Shown one piece after another: positions 1 through 8,473 of a stretch of 64,000 bases of DNA (the first letter of the stretch is position 1; every line of letters starts with the position of its first letter). Source of the DNA: Fibrobacteria bacterium (GTDB taxonomy: Bacteria; Fibrobacterota; Fibrobacteria; UBA11236; JADFYW01); contig JBNKOC010000009.1 of the NCBI GenBank assembly GCA_050294405.1, forward strand, positions 64,001 to 128,000, given 5' to 3'. The position numbers and the translations under genes are program-made. Below the pieces are notes generated by a model. The model had not been told where the DNA came from. It did not search any database and saw only the letters and a program-made list of their open reading frames with translations.

Positions 1-279
1 TTCGAATACTTGTGCCCTGTTACGGCAACAGTTCCCAGGATTTGGAGTAAAATCAAATATACGCATACGCCAAAAAATGTGAAATTGTACTACCCTGCAA
101 AATTGTCCTGGAAAGAGTATATGCAAAAAGCGAAACGGTTTTATGATTCAAGCGGGGTAGTGCTGGATCCTATACATACAATTTATTTGTTAGATGTAAT
201 AGAAAACCGAAAGTTTTATAAAGGAAATATTGTTCTCTGGATAAGTTGCCCCAGAATAAATGGAACTTTGTTATGGTAG
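1..279 (+). CDS. 3' part of a gene running in from the left edge; possibly a PLP-dependent D-cysteine desulfhydrase/ACC deaminase-like C-terminus
   Basis: Frame is open from base 1; GVVLDPIHT resembles the G-x-x-LDP-x-YT motif of that family. Confidence 0.35.
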   Translation, partial: FEYLCPVTATVPRIWSKIKYTHTPKNVKLYYPAKLSWKEYMQKAKRFYDSSGVVLDPIHTIYLLDVIENRKFYKGNIVLWISCPRINGTLLW

Positions 280-373
280 TTGCCAGCCATTTTTGAAATT
301 TCCCGGGTCGCGCAAATTATTTCCTTTTATAAAATAAACCCCTTTTTTTAAGCGAATTAGGCCAATATTTCAA

Positions 374-390
374 TTGGCACAAGGGTTGCA
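374..390 (+). promoter_or_regulatory. sigma-54 (RpoN) -24/-12 promoter
   Basis: TTGGCAC-AAGGG-TTGCA matches TGGCAC-N5-TTGCW, about 35 bp upstream of ATG 426. Confidence 0.7.
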
Positions 391-425
391 ATAATTGCTG
401 ATTGTACTCGCAATCAGGAGATATT

Positions 426-1220
426 ATGAAAAAGTTTATTATTACTTCTATGTTATTATTCGGAATTTTTACCCAGTCCCAGGCCAATCAACCTCAAGAT
501 TCCGGAAAAAAGGAATCTTTTTTCTTTACCGATCGGGTGTATGCTAACCGGCACCATTGGTATTGGGGGCTTGGGGCCGTGGTTTCTCAATTGCCGGTGA
601 TTAAAGCCGGGTTCAAGGTGCCCTTTTCTCAGGTTTTATATGAATACAATGTTACTGATCCTTCAAAATTTTACCGTTTTTCTCTGGGTGGCGGCTTGTA
701 TGGGCTAAATGGAATTTTGCCTGTACCTGCCATACAGCCCAGTATTTACATTGGAAGTGAAAATAACGAAATCATGGCCCGCTTAAGTTCCGGCTTTTTT
801 TCGGATATTACGGTTGGAAATCATTCCGCAGTGTTGTTTTCTGCAGGTGTTATTATTAAAAACCGAATCGATTTGTCTTTAGTTATGGTTCCCTTCGGAA
901 TCCAGCCTGTTCGCCCTTACCCTGAGATTTTGGGAAGCCTGGAAGAAGATTTTATACCGGTTGAAGACGTGGATTACACGAAAGATCCTTTTGGTAAGAA
1001 TCTTACAGTGTATGATTCTAAACATCGTCACGAAGACGACCCTCGTTTTAATGATGAAGATAATCAATATTACTATTCAAGTTATGATATGGATTATGGA
1101 AATGGAAAGTATAACGGAAACGCCAAAATTCACCCTGGGGATTTTGACTATGTAAAAGGAAGGGAATATATTTCTTTTCCTTACTTTGGGCTGATGCTGA
1201 CTTTTAGACATGGTCTATAA
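426..1220 (+). CDS. Exported hypothetical protein, possibly outer-membrane beta-barrel-like
   Basis: RBS CAGGAG before ATG 426; signal peptide MKKFIITSMLLFGIF..AN; alternating aromatic strands; C-terminal YFGLMLTFR. Confidence 0.65.
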   Translation: MKKFIITSMLLFGIFTQSQANQPQDSGKKESFFFTDRVYANRHHWYWGLGAVVSQLPVIKAGFKVPFSQVLYEYNVTDPSKFYRFSLGGGLYGLNGILPVPAIQPSIYIGSENNEIMARLSSGFFSDITVGNHSAVLFSAGVIIKNRIDLSLVMVPFGIQPVRPYPEILGSLEEDFIPVEDVDYTKDPFGKNLTVYDSKHRHEDDPRFNDEDNQYYYSSYDMDYGNGKYNGNAKIHPGDFDYVKGREYISFPYFGLMLTFRHGL

Positions 1221-1224
1221 CAAT

Positions 1225-1258
1225 AAAAAAGCCGGTCCGCCAAAAAAGCGGAACCGGC
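1225..1258 (-). terminator. Intrinsic terminator between convergent genes
   Basis: GCCGGTCCGC/GCGGAACCGGC stem with a + strand A-run (U-tract on - strand). Confidence 0.6.
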
Positions 1259-1279
1259 CCTCTTACCTGCCAACTCTGC

Positions 1280-1831
1280 TTAGGGTATCAATACAGCATC
1301 GATGACATGGATTGTCCCATTGGAAGCTTCGATATCCACTGAAGTTACTCTGATGTTATCGTTTAATATTACCGCTCCATTTTCCACCTTGATGTTTATT
1401 TTTTCCCCGTTGATGGTGGGTGCCTCTGTCAGGTTTACTACTTGATCCGAGGATACTTTACCTGAAACAACATGGTAAAGCAAGATCTGAGTCAAGGCGC
1501 CCTCAGGGTCTTCCAGTAGGCTTTCTACAGTGCCTGCGGGCAGCGCTTCAAAGGCTGAGTTTGTCGGGGCAAACACAGTGAAAGGCCCTTCTTCAGCTAA
1601 TGTTTCCGCTAATCCGGCGGCGCTTATGGCCTGAACCAGAGTTGAAAATTCGGGGTTGGATTGCGCTATTTCCACAACAGAACTTTTTGGCTCGGTTTCT
1701 GTTTGCATGGGATTACTGTTGCCTTTATCATCTTTCCCAAAACAGCCGATAAATAAGAGGCTGGCAAGGATTAATAGAAAAGGGGTATGTATATTTTTTT
1801 TGATACTTGAATTAAACGGTAGGCTGGTCAT
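1280..1831 (-). CDS. Fasciclin (FAS1) domain lipoprotein
   Basis: GPFTVFAPTNSAF, ILLYHVV and NGTIHVIDAVLIP FAS1 motifs; lipobox LLFIGC; RBS AAGGAGGAG before ATG 1831. Confidence 0.9.
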   Translation of the reverse strand: MTSLPFNSSIKKNIHTPFLLILASLLFIGCFGKDDKGNSNPMQTETEPKSSVVEIAQSNPEFSTLVQAISAAGLAETLAEEGPFTVFAPTNSAFEALPAGTVESLLEDPEGALTQILLYHVVSGKVSSDQVVNLTEAPTINGEKINIKVENGAVILNDNIRVTSVDIEASNGTIHVIDAVLIP

Positions 1832-1952
1832 GGCTCCTCCTTTTGCGCTGCTTGAGCGCGTATTACTAGTTGAGATTCCTTGTGCCGTATAGCACAAAAT
1901 TTTCAATGCAAAATGAAATACGCGCAGCTTTTAAAAAGGGTTGGGAAAAAAT

Positions 1953-1980
1953 AAAAAAAGCCGAAATCAATTCGGCCTTT
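1953..1980 (-). terminator. Intrinsic terminator after the xylanase gene
   Basis: A-run + GCCGAA-atcaa-TTCGGC + T-run. Confidence 0.5.
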
Positions 1981-2043
1981 CCCTTAAAGGGGAAATTTTA
2001 TTTCGACAGGCAAGGCCCTAAAGCCCTACCTGCCGAATATGGT

Positions 2044-3372
2044 TCACTTCAGTTGAGTCAACGGAAGAGTAACGGATTGCTCGCCTACTTTTAGGTTTGC
2101 AATATACATTCCAGCAGGAATTTCATTTTGCCAGGGAACAGCGTGCGCGCCGGCATCCTTCATTCCAAGATCGATAACCTGAGTGACTTTGCCATTTGGA
2201 TCTACAATGCTCAGCTTTACTTGTTGCTGTGATTTCAGTTTAAAGTTGAACTGGTTGTTGGCAAAATTGAAAAAGTGGTTTTTAAATTTTTTGTAGTGTC
2301 TGGTTACAGAGTTCGGGTCATCGCCATTGATAAAAGCCAATCTTTGTGCGGCTACATCAGGGTCTGCGTTTTCGAAGGCCTCCACCAGAGCATTATAAGG
2401 GGCTTGTTTGGCAGAAAGATTGCTATTCCAAATTAAGCATCCGCAACCTGACCCTTTCCAGGAAATGCCATCGTGCACACCCCAAGTCATAAAAGAAGTG
2501 CAGTTGAAGTTTTCTGCGCAGGCTTCAGCCAGATTTTTCCAGGCGTTTCCGTTGTTTGTCGCGTTAGAAATATCAATTTCTGTGAGAGAAACTCTAAGTC
2601 CTAATTCTCCCAGTCTTTTGATATTATCGGAAATAGCTTGCTTGCTGAGATTGGTGCCCAAGTGGCATTGCAAGCCGACTCCGTGGATTGGAATGCCGTC
2701 TTCAAGCATTCTTCCTACCATTTCATAAACAAAGTTGGATTTAGCGTTTCCGCCTTCTGCCCCGTAATCGTTGTAATACAAGAGCGCTTCAGGGTCGGCG
2801 GCATGCGCATATACAAAAGCCGAATCCAGGAAGTCTTCTCCTATTACATTTCTGTAAAAACTGCTACGCAATTCCCGGCCGTTATCCGCTACAGCTTCGT
2901 TCACAACATCCCATTCCAGAATTTGCCCTTCCCAATGACCCAAAACATTGTCGATATGGTTTTTCATGGCTGATAACATTTGATTTCTGTTGTTGATGCT
3001 AGACATCCAGTTGGATGTTTGGGAATGCCATACCAATGTATGGCCCCGCATAAGCTGGCCATTGGATTCGGCAAAGTCAACCACGGCATCCCCGCCACTA
3101 TAACTGAATTGGCCCTGACTTGGCTCAGTAGGTTGAAATTTCATTTGGTTTTCGCAAACCAACATGTTAAATTCCTCTGCAAGAATATCGCTAAAGTTGA
3201 CTCGGCTGGGACTTTGGCCAATGGCGGTTCCAAAGTTGATGTGAACACCCTGGGCCGCATCCACAATTTTTTGTCCCTGTGAAAAACTTGCAAGGCATGT
3301 CGCGCCCACAGCAGAAAAAAGCGCTAATTTTTTAAGATAATTTGCCCTTGACTTGTTCATTGGATTCACCAT
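2044..3372 (-). CDS. Secreted endo-1,4-beta-xylanase (GH10) with T9SS/FlgD-like C-terminal tail
   Basis: ENQMK, RGHTLVWHSQ, WDVVNEA, YNDY, GVGLQCH and LTEID GH10 motifs; signal peptide; RBS AAGGAGG. Confidence 0.93.
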   Translation of the reverse strand: MVNPMNKSRANYLKKLALFSAVGATCLASFSQGQKIVDAAQGVHINFGTAIGQSPSRVNFSDILAEEFNMLVCENQMKFQPTEPSQGQFSYSGGDAVVDFAESNGQLMRGHTLVWHSQTSNWMSSINNRNQMLSAMKNHIDNVLGHWEGQILEWDVVNEAVADNGRELRSSFYRNVIGEDFLDSAFVYAHAADPEALLYYNDYGAEGGNAKSNFVYEMVGRMLEDGIPIHGVGLQCHLGTNLSKQAISDNIKRLGELGLRVSLTEIDISNATNNGNAWKNLAEACAENFNCTSFMTWGVHDGISWKGSGCGCLIWNSNLSAKQAPYNALVEAFENADPDVAAQRLAFINGDDPNSVTRHYKKFKNHFFNFANNQFNFKLKSQQQVKLSIVDPNGKVTQVIDLGMKDAGAHAVPWQNEIPAGMYIANLKVGEQSVTLPLTQLK

Positions 3373-4092
3373 TTCCTCCTTTAAAAATCCAGATCTTACT
3401 CGGATAAATGAGGCGCAGAATTTTTGCCAACAGCTAATGCTGGCAAGTTTGAGTCCTGCGATTTCAGCAGCTGTGGTTTAAGTATTCCCCCGGAATAGCA
3501 AACTCCAGATGTCCCCCTGATTCTTTCCTCAAAATTTTTTCCCCGGTAAAAGTATGGGAAAATCCCACTTTTTTAAGATAGGCGAAAGTCCCGGCTATTC
3601 TGGTAAATTCCCGGAAATTTATTGTGTAGGTAATATTTTTATAAAGCCATGTGATTTATAGCTTTATGTGTTTTTTAAGGGAACCTGTTCTATAGCTATT
3701 TAGGTAAAAAATCGGCAAATTGGGATTTCCTAAACCTTCTTATAATTTTAGGGTACAGAAGCAATGAGGCATTTGATTTTTTTTTTGTTCGCGGTTCTTG
3801 CTAAGAAAGAGTTTTGGCCGGGTGCTTTTATCAGACATTAAGATAAAAAATGGGACTTGGATTTATTGCCTTTTGGAAAAGCAGTCCATAAAAAATGTAA
3901 ATAGACAGGCTACAAGTGTATCCAATGTGTTTAAAAGCGGGGTTGTTACAGCTAACTTTGAAAAATTATGGGCCTGTGGCGCCAGATTAGGTATCCCGCT
4001 TAAGTGGAAATATGGAAGTAGTCCGGACCTTTGGGGGGAGTAATGCCTTTTATATCAGGTGTATAAAAGATCCATAGTCACAGATAAAAGTA

Positions 4093-4118
4093 TCGGAGTG
4101 ACTGGATTCGAACCAGCG
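4093..4118. repeat. att core (displaced tRNA-Pro 3' fragment)
   Basis: TCGGAGTGACTGGATTCGAACCAGCG is identical to 11109..11134. Confidence 0.95.
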
Positions 4119-4370
4119 ATTAGTGAGGACGCAAAGCAGAGACCTATTTGGACAAATGGAGTCGGTCTACTTTTGGGTGAAAAAAAACGATTTCTAGAAG
4201 ATTATTGCCAAGTAGGGTCAGGTTTAATCCAAACCGAGCCCGGTAAATTGTGCCATATTCGTGACACATTAATGGTAAGAATTGAGCAATTGTTGAAAGG
4301 TGCTTCTGAGGAACAACTTAAAATCATTATTAGCTATCTTGAGCCTAAAAAGTTATTGAAAGTGGAGTAA
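4119..4370 (+). CDS. Detached 83-aa C-terminal segment of the integrase (in frame only in the excised circle)
   Basis: The att core reads GVTGFEPA in the same frame here and in the integrase; the frame stays open to TAA 4368-4370. Confidence 0.6.
   Translation: MSEDAKQRPIWTNGVGLLLGEKKRFLEDYCQVGSGLIQTEPGKLCHIRDTLMVRIEQLLKGASEEQLKIIISYLEPKKLLKVE
4248..4267 (+). repeat. Putative integrase arm-type site, copy 1
   Basis: TTGTGCCATATTCGTGACAC is 19/20 identical to 11042..11061. Confidence 0.7.
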
Positions 4371-4378
4371 GAAAAAAT

Positions 4379-4403
4379 TGGAGATAGCGGGGGTCGAACC
4401 CGC
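4379..4403 (-). repeat. Second att-like core: 3' fragment of tmRNA or tRNA-Ala
   Basis: The - strand reads GCGGG-TTCGACC-CCCGC-TATCTCC-A, i.e. T-arm, acceptor 3' strand with U70 and A discriminator. Confidence 0.7.
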
Positions 4404-4535
4404 AGCTAGGAAGTTGATAATTTCACCCTTAAGTAAAATTGTCAATTCCCTGTTTTACCGTTAAACTATACCCCCAAAAATCGATATTAATTTATGAGAT
4501 AAAATTTATTTGTCAATTGTTTTAGAAGTTGGAGC

Positions 4536-5054
4536 TTAAAAAATAAATCCAACTTCTTGTAATTTGATAAGCATTGCTTGATAACTAACATTAAATTTTT
4601 TCGCTAAATTAATGCAAAATATATCAATGTTGAACTGAATATTTTTTTGATATTTTTTGATTTCATTAATTATCATAAAAGTTGGCATTAAAATTTCGGC
4701 AGCAAATTGATTTGCCTCTATCTCCCTTTTGTTTTTAACGTTATCATCCCTGAAAAACAAATTTTCGTCTACGTGGGTGTTTATGTTTTCTCGATGAAGA
4801 ACGAAATGGGCGTACTCGTGGGCCAAGGTGAAATTTTTTCTTTCTGGAGAGTGTCCTCTATTGATTAGAATTGTTCCTTTCTTTCCCTCTACACGCAATG
4901 CTCCCGAGATGTGGTTGGGAAGTTCTTTCTCTAAAATAATTAGTTCAGAATCTGATTCAATAATTTGCTTTAGGTTGACCTTAGGCTTAAGTATATGATG
5001 TTTCTGAATAATTTGGAGGGCTTCTTTTTTAGGCACATTTAAATATGACTTCAC
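4536..5054 (-). CDS. ImmA/IrrE family metallopeptidase (DUF955)
   Basis: RKNFTLAHEYAHFVLH (HEXXH) and EIEANQFAAEILMP. Confidence 0.92.
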   Translation of the reverse strand: MKSYLNVPKKEALQIIQKHHILKPKVNLKQIIESDSELIILEKELPNHISGALRVEGKKGTILINRGHSPERKNFTLAHEYAHFVLHRENINTHVDENLFFRDDNVKNKREIEANQFAAEILMPTFMIINEIKKYQKNIQFNIDIFCINLAKKFNVSYQAMLIKLQEVGFIF

Positions 5055-5066
5055 ATTTACCCTTTT

Positions 5067-5381
5067 CTACTTGATAGTAGAATTAAAAGCATTTTCAACT
5101 TCATCAGGGATAGGGTTCCCTGAAATAGAATCTAATGTTTTCTTACTTTTAATTTCGTCAGGAAAAAGTTCCTTAGGATTAATTCCTAAGACTAGTCCAA
5201 TTTGAAAAAGCTTATCTATCGAAATTCTTTGTTTCCCTTTTTCAATATGAACCATTGAGCTTTGGGAAAGTTTAATTGATGTTGCTAATTCAAATTGTTT
5301 GATTTTCCTTTTGCTTCGCTCAACACTTATCCGGTGTCCAATTTCTCGGTATAAATCTTGAAAACTTAATGAATTTTCCAT
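5067..5381 (-). CDS. XRE-family HTH regulator (ImmR-like)
   Basis: IGHRISVERSKRKIKQFELATSIKLSQSSMVHIEKGKQ; directly upstream of the ImmA-like gene. Confidence 0.88.
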   Translation of the reverse strand: MENSLSFQDLYREIGHRISVERSKRKIKQFELATSIKLSQSSMVHIEKGKQRISIDKLFQIGLVLGINPKELFPDEIKSKKTLDSISGNPIPDEVENAFNSTIK

Positions 5382-5532
5382 ATATGTTGATCCAGAATAT
5401 AGCTAAATTTATCTTAAATCGCAATAAAAATTTCAATTTTTACTTTAAAAAGCCATTTTATTATTTTAGCAAATAAAATTCTTGTTGGCTTTAAAAACAT
5501 AAAGTATTTTGAATGGAGCAGAATTTATCTGC

Positions 5533-5577
5533 AAAAAAAAATGGCCCTCCCGTAGGTTTGAAGCACCGGGGGGCCAT
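5533..5577 (-). terminator. Hairpin with - strand U-tract upstream of the HNH gene (possible antisense RNA terminator)
   Basis: ATGGCCCTCC...GGT-TTGAAGC-ACC-GGGGGGCCAT preceded by an A-run. Confidence 0.5.
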
Positions 5578-5660
5578 TGAAATTAACCATTCCGAAGATT
5601 GGTATTTTATAAATATATATAAAACACCTGCCTCCGGAAACAACTAAAAGGAGGCTGAAA

Positions 5661-5960
5661 ATGCCAAATAAAAATATTTATAACCAAAGTTTCTCAAATT
5701 TGGATATTCAAATGGTTTGGGAAAAAGGGCGAATTGTGCCAGAGTACGACCCAAATTTTGTCCGGAAGGATGCCTGTGGGGCCTTTATGAAAAGGGTAGA
5801 TTATGGGAAAACTACTACCTATGGCTGGGAAATCGACCATATAAAACCAGTTTCCCTCGGAGGAAGTGATAACCTCAGTAATTTACAGCCCCTTCAATGG
5901 GAAAATAACAGGTACAAGGGTGATAATTATCCAAATTGGTCCTGTAAGTTGGCAGCCTAA
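5661..5960 (+). CDS. Small HNH endonuclease
   Basis: GWEIDHIKPVSLGGSDNLSNLQPLQWENNRYK; RBS AAGGAGG. Confidence 0.9.
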   Translation: MPNKNIYNQSFSNLDIQMVWEKGRIVPEYDPNFVRKDACGAFMKRVDYGKTTTYGWEIDHIKPVSLGGSDNLSNLQPLQWENNRYKGDNYPNWSCKLAA

Positions 5961-5967
5961 AAAAAAG

Positions 5968-5994
5968 GTGGAGAGGGAAAAACCTCTCCATTTT
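5968..5994 (+). terminator. Intrinsic terminator after the HNH gene
   Basis: GTGGAGAGG-gaaaaa-CCTCTCCAT-TTT flanked by A- and T-runs. Confidence 0.65.
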
Positions 5995-6008
5995 AATGGG
6001 GTTTAAAA

Positions 6009-6176
6009 ATTACTGCTCATAATACATGTGATGTTGTTCAAATAAAGCCTGGAGGGTCACAGATGACAATACACACTATTGAAGATAAAGGATGGTTTTA
6101 TTGTGAATGGTTTGATAAAGAAGAAAAATTCAAATTCAAAACATTCTCTCCCGATGTGCTTATAAAAACTGAATAA
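6009..6176 (+). pseudogene. YodC/DUF2158-like small ORF with no in-frame ATG (not in the ORF track)
   Basis: CDVVQIKPGGSQMTI...CEWFD resembles GDVVxLKSGGPxMTV..CxWF; in-frame TAA at 5994; ATG 5996 is out of frame. Confidence 0.55.
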
Positions 6177-6186
6177 AAGGATCATT

Positions 6187-6822
6187 ATGAAAAACTTTAA
6201 TTTTATACCACTTCTTCTACTGTTTTTTATTGTCCAAAGTTTTTCCACCCCATTATATCTTACATTTGCTGGAAAAGTTCATTGGACACAATGGAATGGT
6301 TATTATACAGGTCAACCTGTAAGCTTTACGTTTGTGGTTGACTTAGATGAACAGGGTTTTGGTTTACATGGTGATCCGAATAACCCTACTAAAACATATG
6401 TTGAAAATAGGCCGGGGATGGAATTTTTTTATTCGGAATATTTAGAAGGGGATATAACATATTCTGATTATCAATATTACTACACTTCGTTTTATTACGG
6501 TGTTCAATATGATAACTATACAAGTATTTATGGTAGTAATCATGAGCAAAATAATTATGACATGCTAAAAATAACTTTTAATGGGCATATTCCAGATTTA
6601 GAAATTGGAACTACCGCAATTGGGAAAACTGAATTTGTTGCTCATAATAGTTACATAAATGTTGCATATGATCTAACATTAGTCGGAAAATCAACTAGAG
6701 GGCTTCCTGCTGTTCCTGAACCAGCTTCATTTCTTCTTTTGGGCTTTGGATTAGTAGGTGGTTACTTGAGGAAAAAACATAATTATATAACGAGAAAAAG
6801 CGGGGAATGTTCCCCTCAATAA
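6187..6822 (+). CDS. PEP-CTERM sorting-signal exported protein
   Basis: N-terminal signal peptide; C-terminal VPEPASFLLLGFGLVGGYLRKK. Confidence 0.88.
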   Translation: MKNFNFIPLLLLFFIVQSFSTPLYLTFAGKVHWTQWNGYYTGQPVSFTFVVDLDEQGFGLHGDPNNPTKTYVENRPGMEFFYSEYLEGDITYSDYQYYYTSFYYGVQYDNYTSIYGSNHEQNNYDMLKITFNGHIPDLEIGTTAIGKTEFVAHNSYINVAYDLTLVGKSTRGLPAVPEPASFLLLGFGLVGGYLRKKHNYITRKSGECSPQ

Positions 6823-6925
6823 AGGACAACCAAGAATATGTGCGTCTATGGTTTAACCTGAAGATTTCTTATTTTACCGCAATACAAGACCTAGAAAATT
6901 GAAGTAGGATTTAAAAGGGGTAATC

Positions 6926-7588
6926 ATGAGTAAATTCAAACATGAATTTAACGTTGATGAAAAATCTGGAAAAACTTTATTACAAGTATATATCGATGGA
7001 ATGAAATGTGATTCGTTCATTTTAGATACCAAGTTATCAAGAAGATATTTAGGATTATCTTTAATCAAACAAGATTTGATAGATGTTCATAATTGGATTG
7101 AAAAAATGAATGAATTGGCTCCCGAATCTTTAAATAATTCAAATGGAGAAATAGTTTATCTTGAATCAAATAACACAAACATGAGTCTTTTGAAAGCCCT
7201 TTATTTTTCTTCAATAATTTCTTATGGAAAATGCTTTGTTACATCAGATGGTCGAAAAACGCGACTAGAGGAAAAAGATCACATTAATCCCATATACCTT
7301 GATTTCCATGAATTAATAATGGAAAAGCGACACGGATTAGTTGCACATGCTGGAAAGTTTTTTGACAACGGAGAAGTTGTAATTTCTCCTCACCCAAATG
7401 GACATAGTTTCAATATATATCCAAATCTGTGGAGATTAGACTTACAAACAGACAATAATGAAGAAATAAATTTCATGGGGCTTGTCTCTGAATTGTTAAT
7501 AACTGTCGAAAACCTGATTAATAAAGCTTTTGAAAAACTAAGAGAAGATGAAGTGAAGCCGGAAGTGATTAAACGCAGAGGTTTTTGA
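6926..7588 (+). CDS. Hypothetical protein with HEPN-like motif (candidate RNase/defence effector)
   Basis: Helical protein with SSIISYGKCF and KRHGLVAH (R-x5-H). Confidence 0.55.
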   Translation: MSKFKHEFNVDEKSGKTLLQVYIDGMKCDSFILDTKLSRRYLGLSLIKQDLIDVHNWIEKMNELAPESLNNSNGEIVYLESNNTNMSLLKALYFSSIISYGKCFVTSDGRKTRLEEKDHINPIYLDFHELIMEKRHGLVAHAGKFFDNGEVVISPHPNGHSFNIYPNLWRLDLQTDNNEEINFMGLVSELLITVENLINKAFEKLREDEVKPEVIKRRGF

Positions 7589-7731
7589 TTTTTCAGAAAC
7601 TGTTATTTTAAACTACATTTTTGGAAAAAAAAAGTATATAATTCCCAATATTTTATCCATAGAATACTTTTTAGCTATATAGCACTAAGTTCCAAATTTC
7701 CTTTTTAAAATAAAATAGGGCATTTGTTCAA

Positions 7732-8208
7732 ATGAAAGAAATTACAAAAAGTTCAAGTTTCGACATAGTTATCAATAATTCCCAATCTGAAATATATGCC
7801 GATTGGGCTAGATTAAATGAAAGACAACAAAAATTTTTGATGTATTGGTATGAAAATGGATTTAATGGGACTGAGGCATACATGAAGGCATATGGCCAAA
7901 AAAAGAAAAATATTGCCAGGGTGTGTGCTTGCCAAGTCCTAACAAATCCTAACATTTTAAAAATTAGAAAATACATTCAGTTTTCTTTTTTTCCACCAAT
8001 TGAAAAAGTTGCATTTACTCTCAATGAATTACTTTCAAATAAAAATCCAAGAATAAGGCTTTCTGCATGTGCGAGTGTATTAAAACATTTTGGAAAACTG
8101 GATGGTGAATATAAAAATGATGAACACAAGAATCCATTTGAAATGGATTCTAATACGAAAAAAATTGTGGCTCAAAATATCGAGGCTTTGAAAGGTATTT
8201 TAAATTAA
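7732..8208 (+). CDS. Terminase small subunit-like protein
   Basis: LNERQQKFLMYWYENGFNGTEAYMKAYG..ARVCACQVLTNPNI resembles the TerS N-terminal HTH. Confidence 0.72.
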   Translation: MKEITKSSSFDIVINNSQSEIYADWARLNERQQKFLMYWYENGFNGTEAYMKAYGQKKKNIARVCACQVLTNPNILKIRKYIQFSFFPPIEKVAFTLNELLSNKNPRIRLSACASVLKHFGKLDGEYKNDEHKNPFEMDSNTKKIVAQNIEALKGILN

Positions 8209-8215
8209 ACAGGGC

Positions 8216-8428
8216 CTAATATTGAATTAATTCACTAATCGAAATATTAAGGCAACTTGAAATTTTAATTAGTGTGGAAACTCGTGGGTCCCTATCTCCA
8301 TTAATAATATGGTAAATGGTCTTTTTTGAAATATTGTTTTCATAGGCAAATTTTTCAATTGACACGTACTCTTTTAGAATGCAGCGCCTTATCCTGCCAC
8401 CAATTTTATTAAAATCAGCTTTTTTCAA
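8216..8428 (-). CDS. Small XRE-family HTH repressor
   Basis: SIEKFAYENNISKKTIYHIINGDRDPRVSTLIKISSCLNISISELI. Confidence 0.85.
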   Translation of the reverse strand: MKKADFNKIGGRIRRCILKEYVSIEKFAYENNISKKTIYHIINGDRDPRVSTLIKISSCLNISISELIQY

Positions 8429-8473
8429 CCGTATTTCCTTCTAATTTTAGGAAAGTAGGCTGTTTTTTAATTG

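Noticed and set aside
3373..3620. Hairpins in the xylanase upstream region (TTGCCA..TGGCAA, TATTCC-CCC-GGAATA) considered as a riboswitch
   Set aside because: Only partial resemblance to ydaO/c-di-GMP consensus; key conserved segments are missing, so an Infernal search would be needed
3764..4043. Short ORFs left of the element as a gene or pseudogene
   Set aside because: No recognisable motif or RBS; cannot be supported
4059..4370. 103-aa ORF as an independent gene
   Set aside because: It starts in host DNA and crosses the att core; better explained as the detached integrase tail
4379..4403. Complete tRNA or tmRNA gene
   Set aside because: Only the T-arm and acceptor 3' strand are present; no D-arm or anticodon arm
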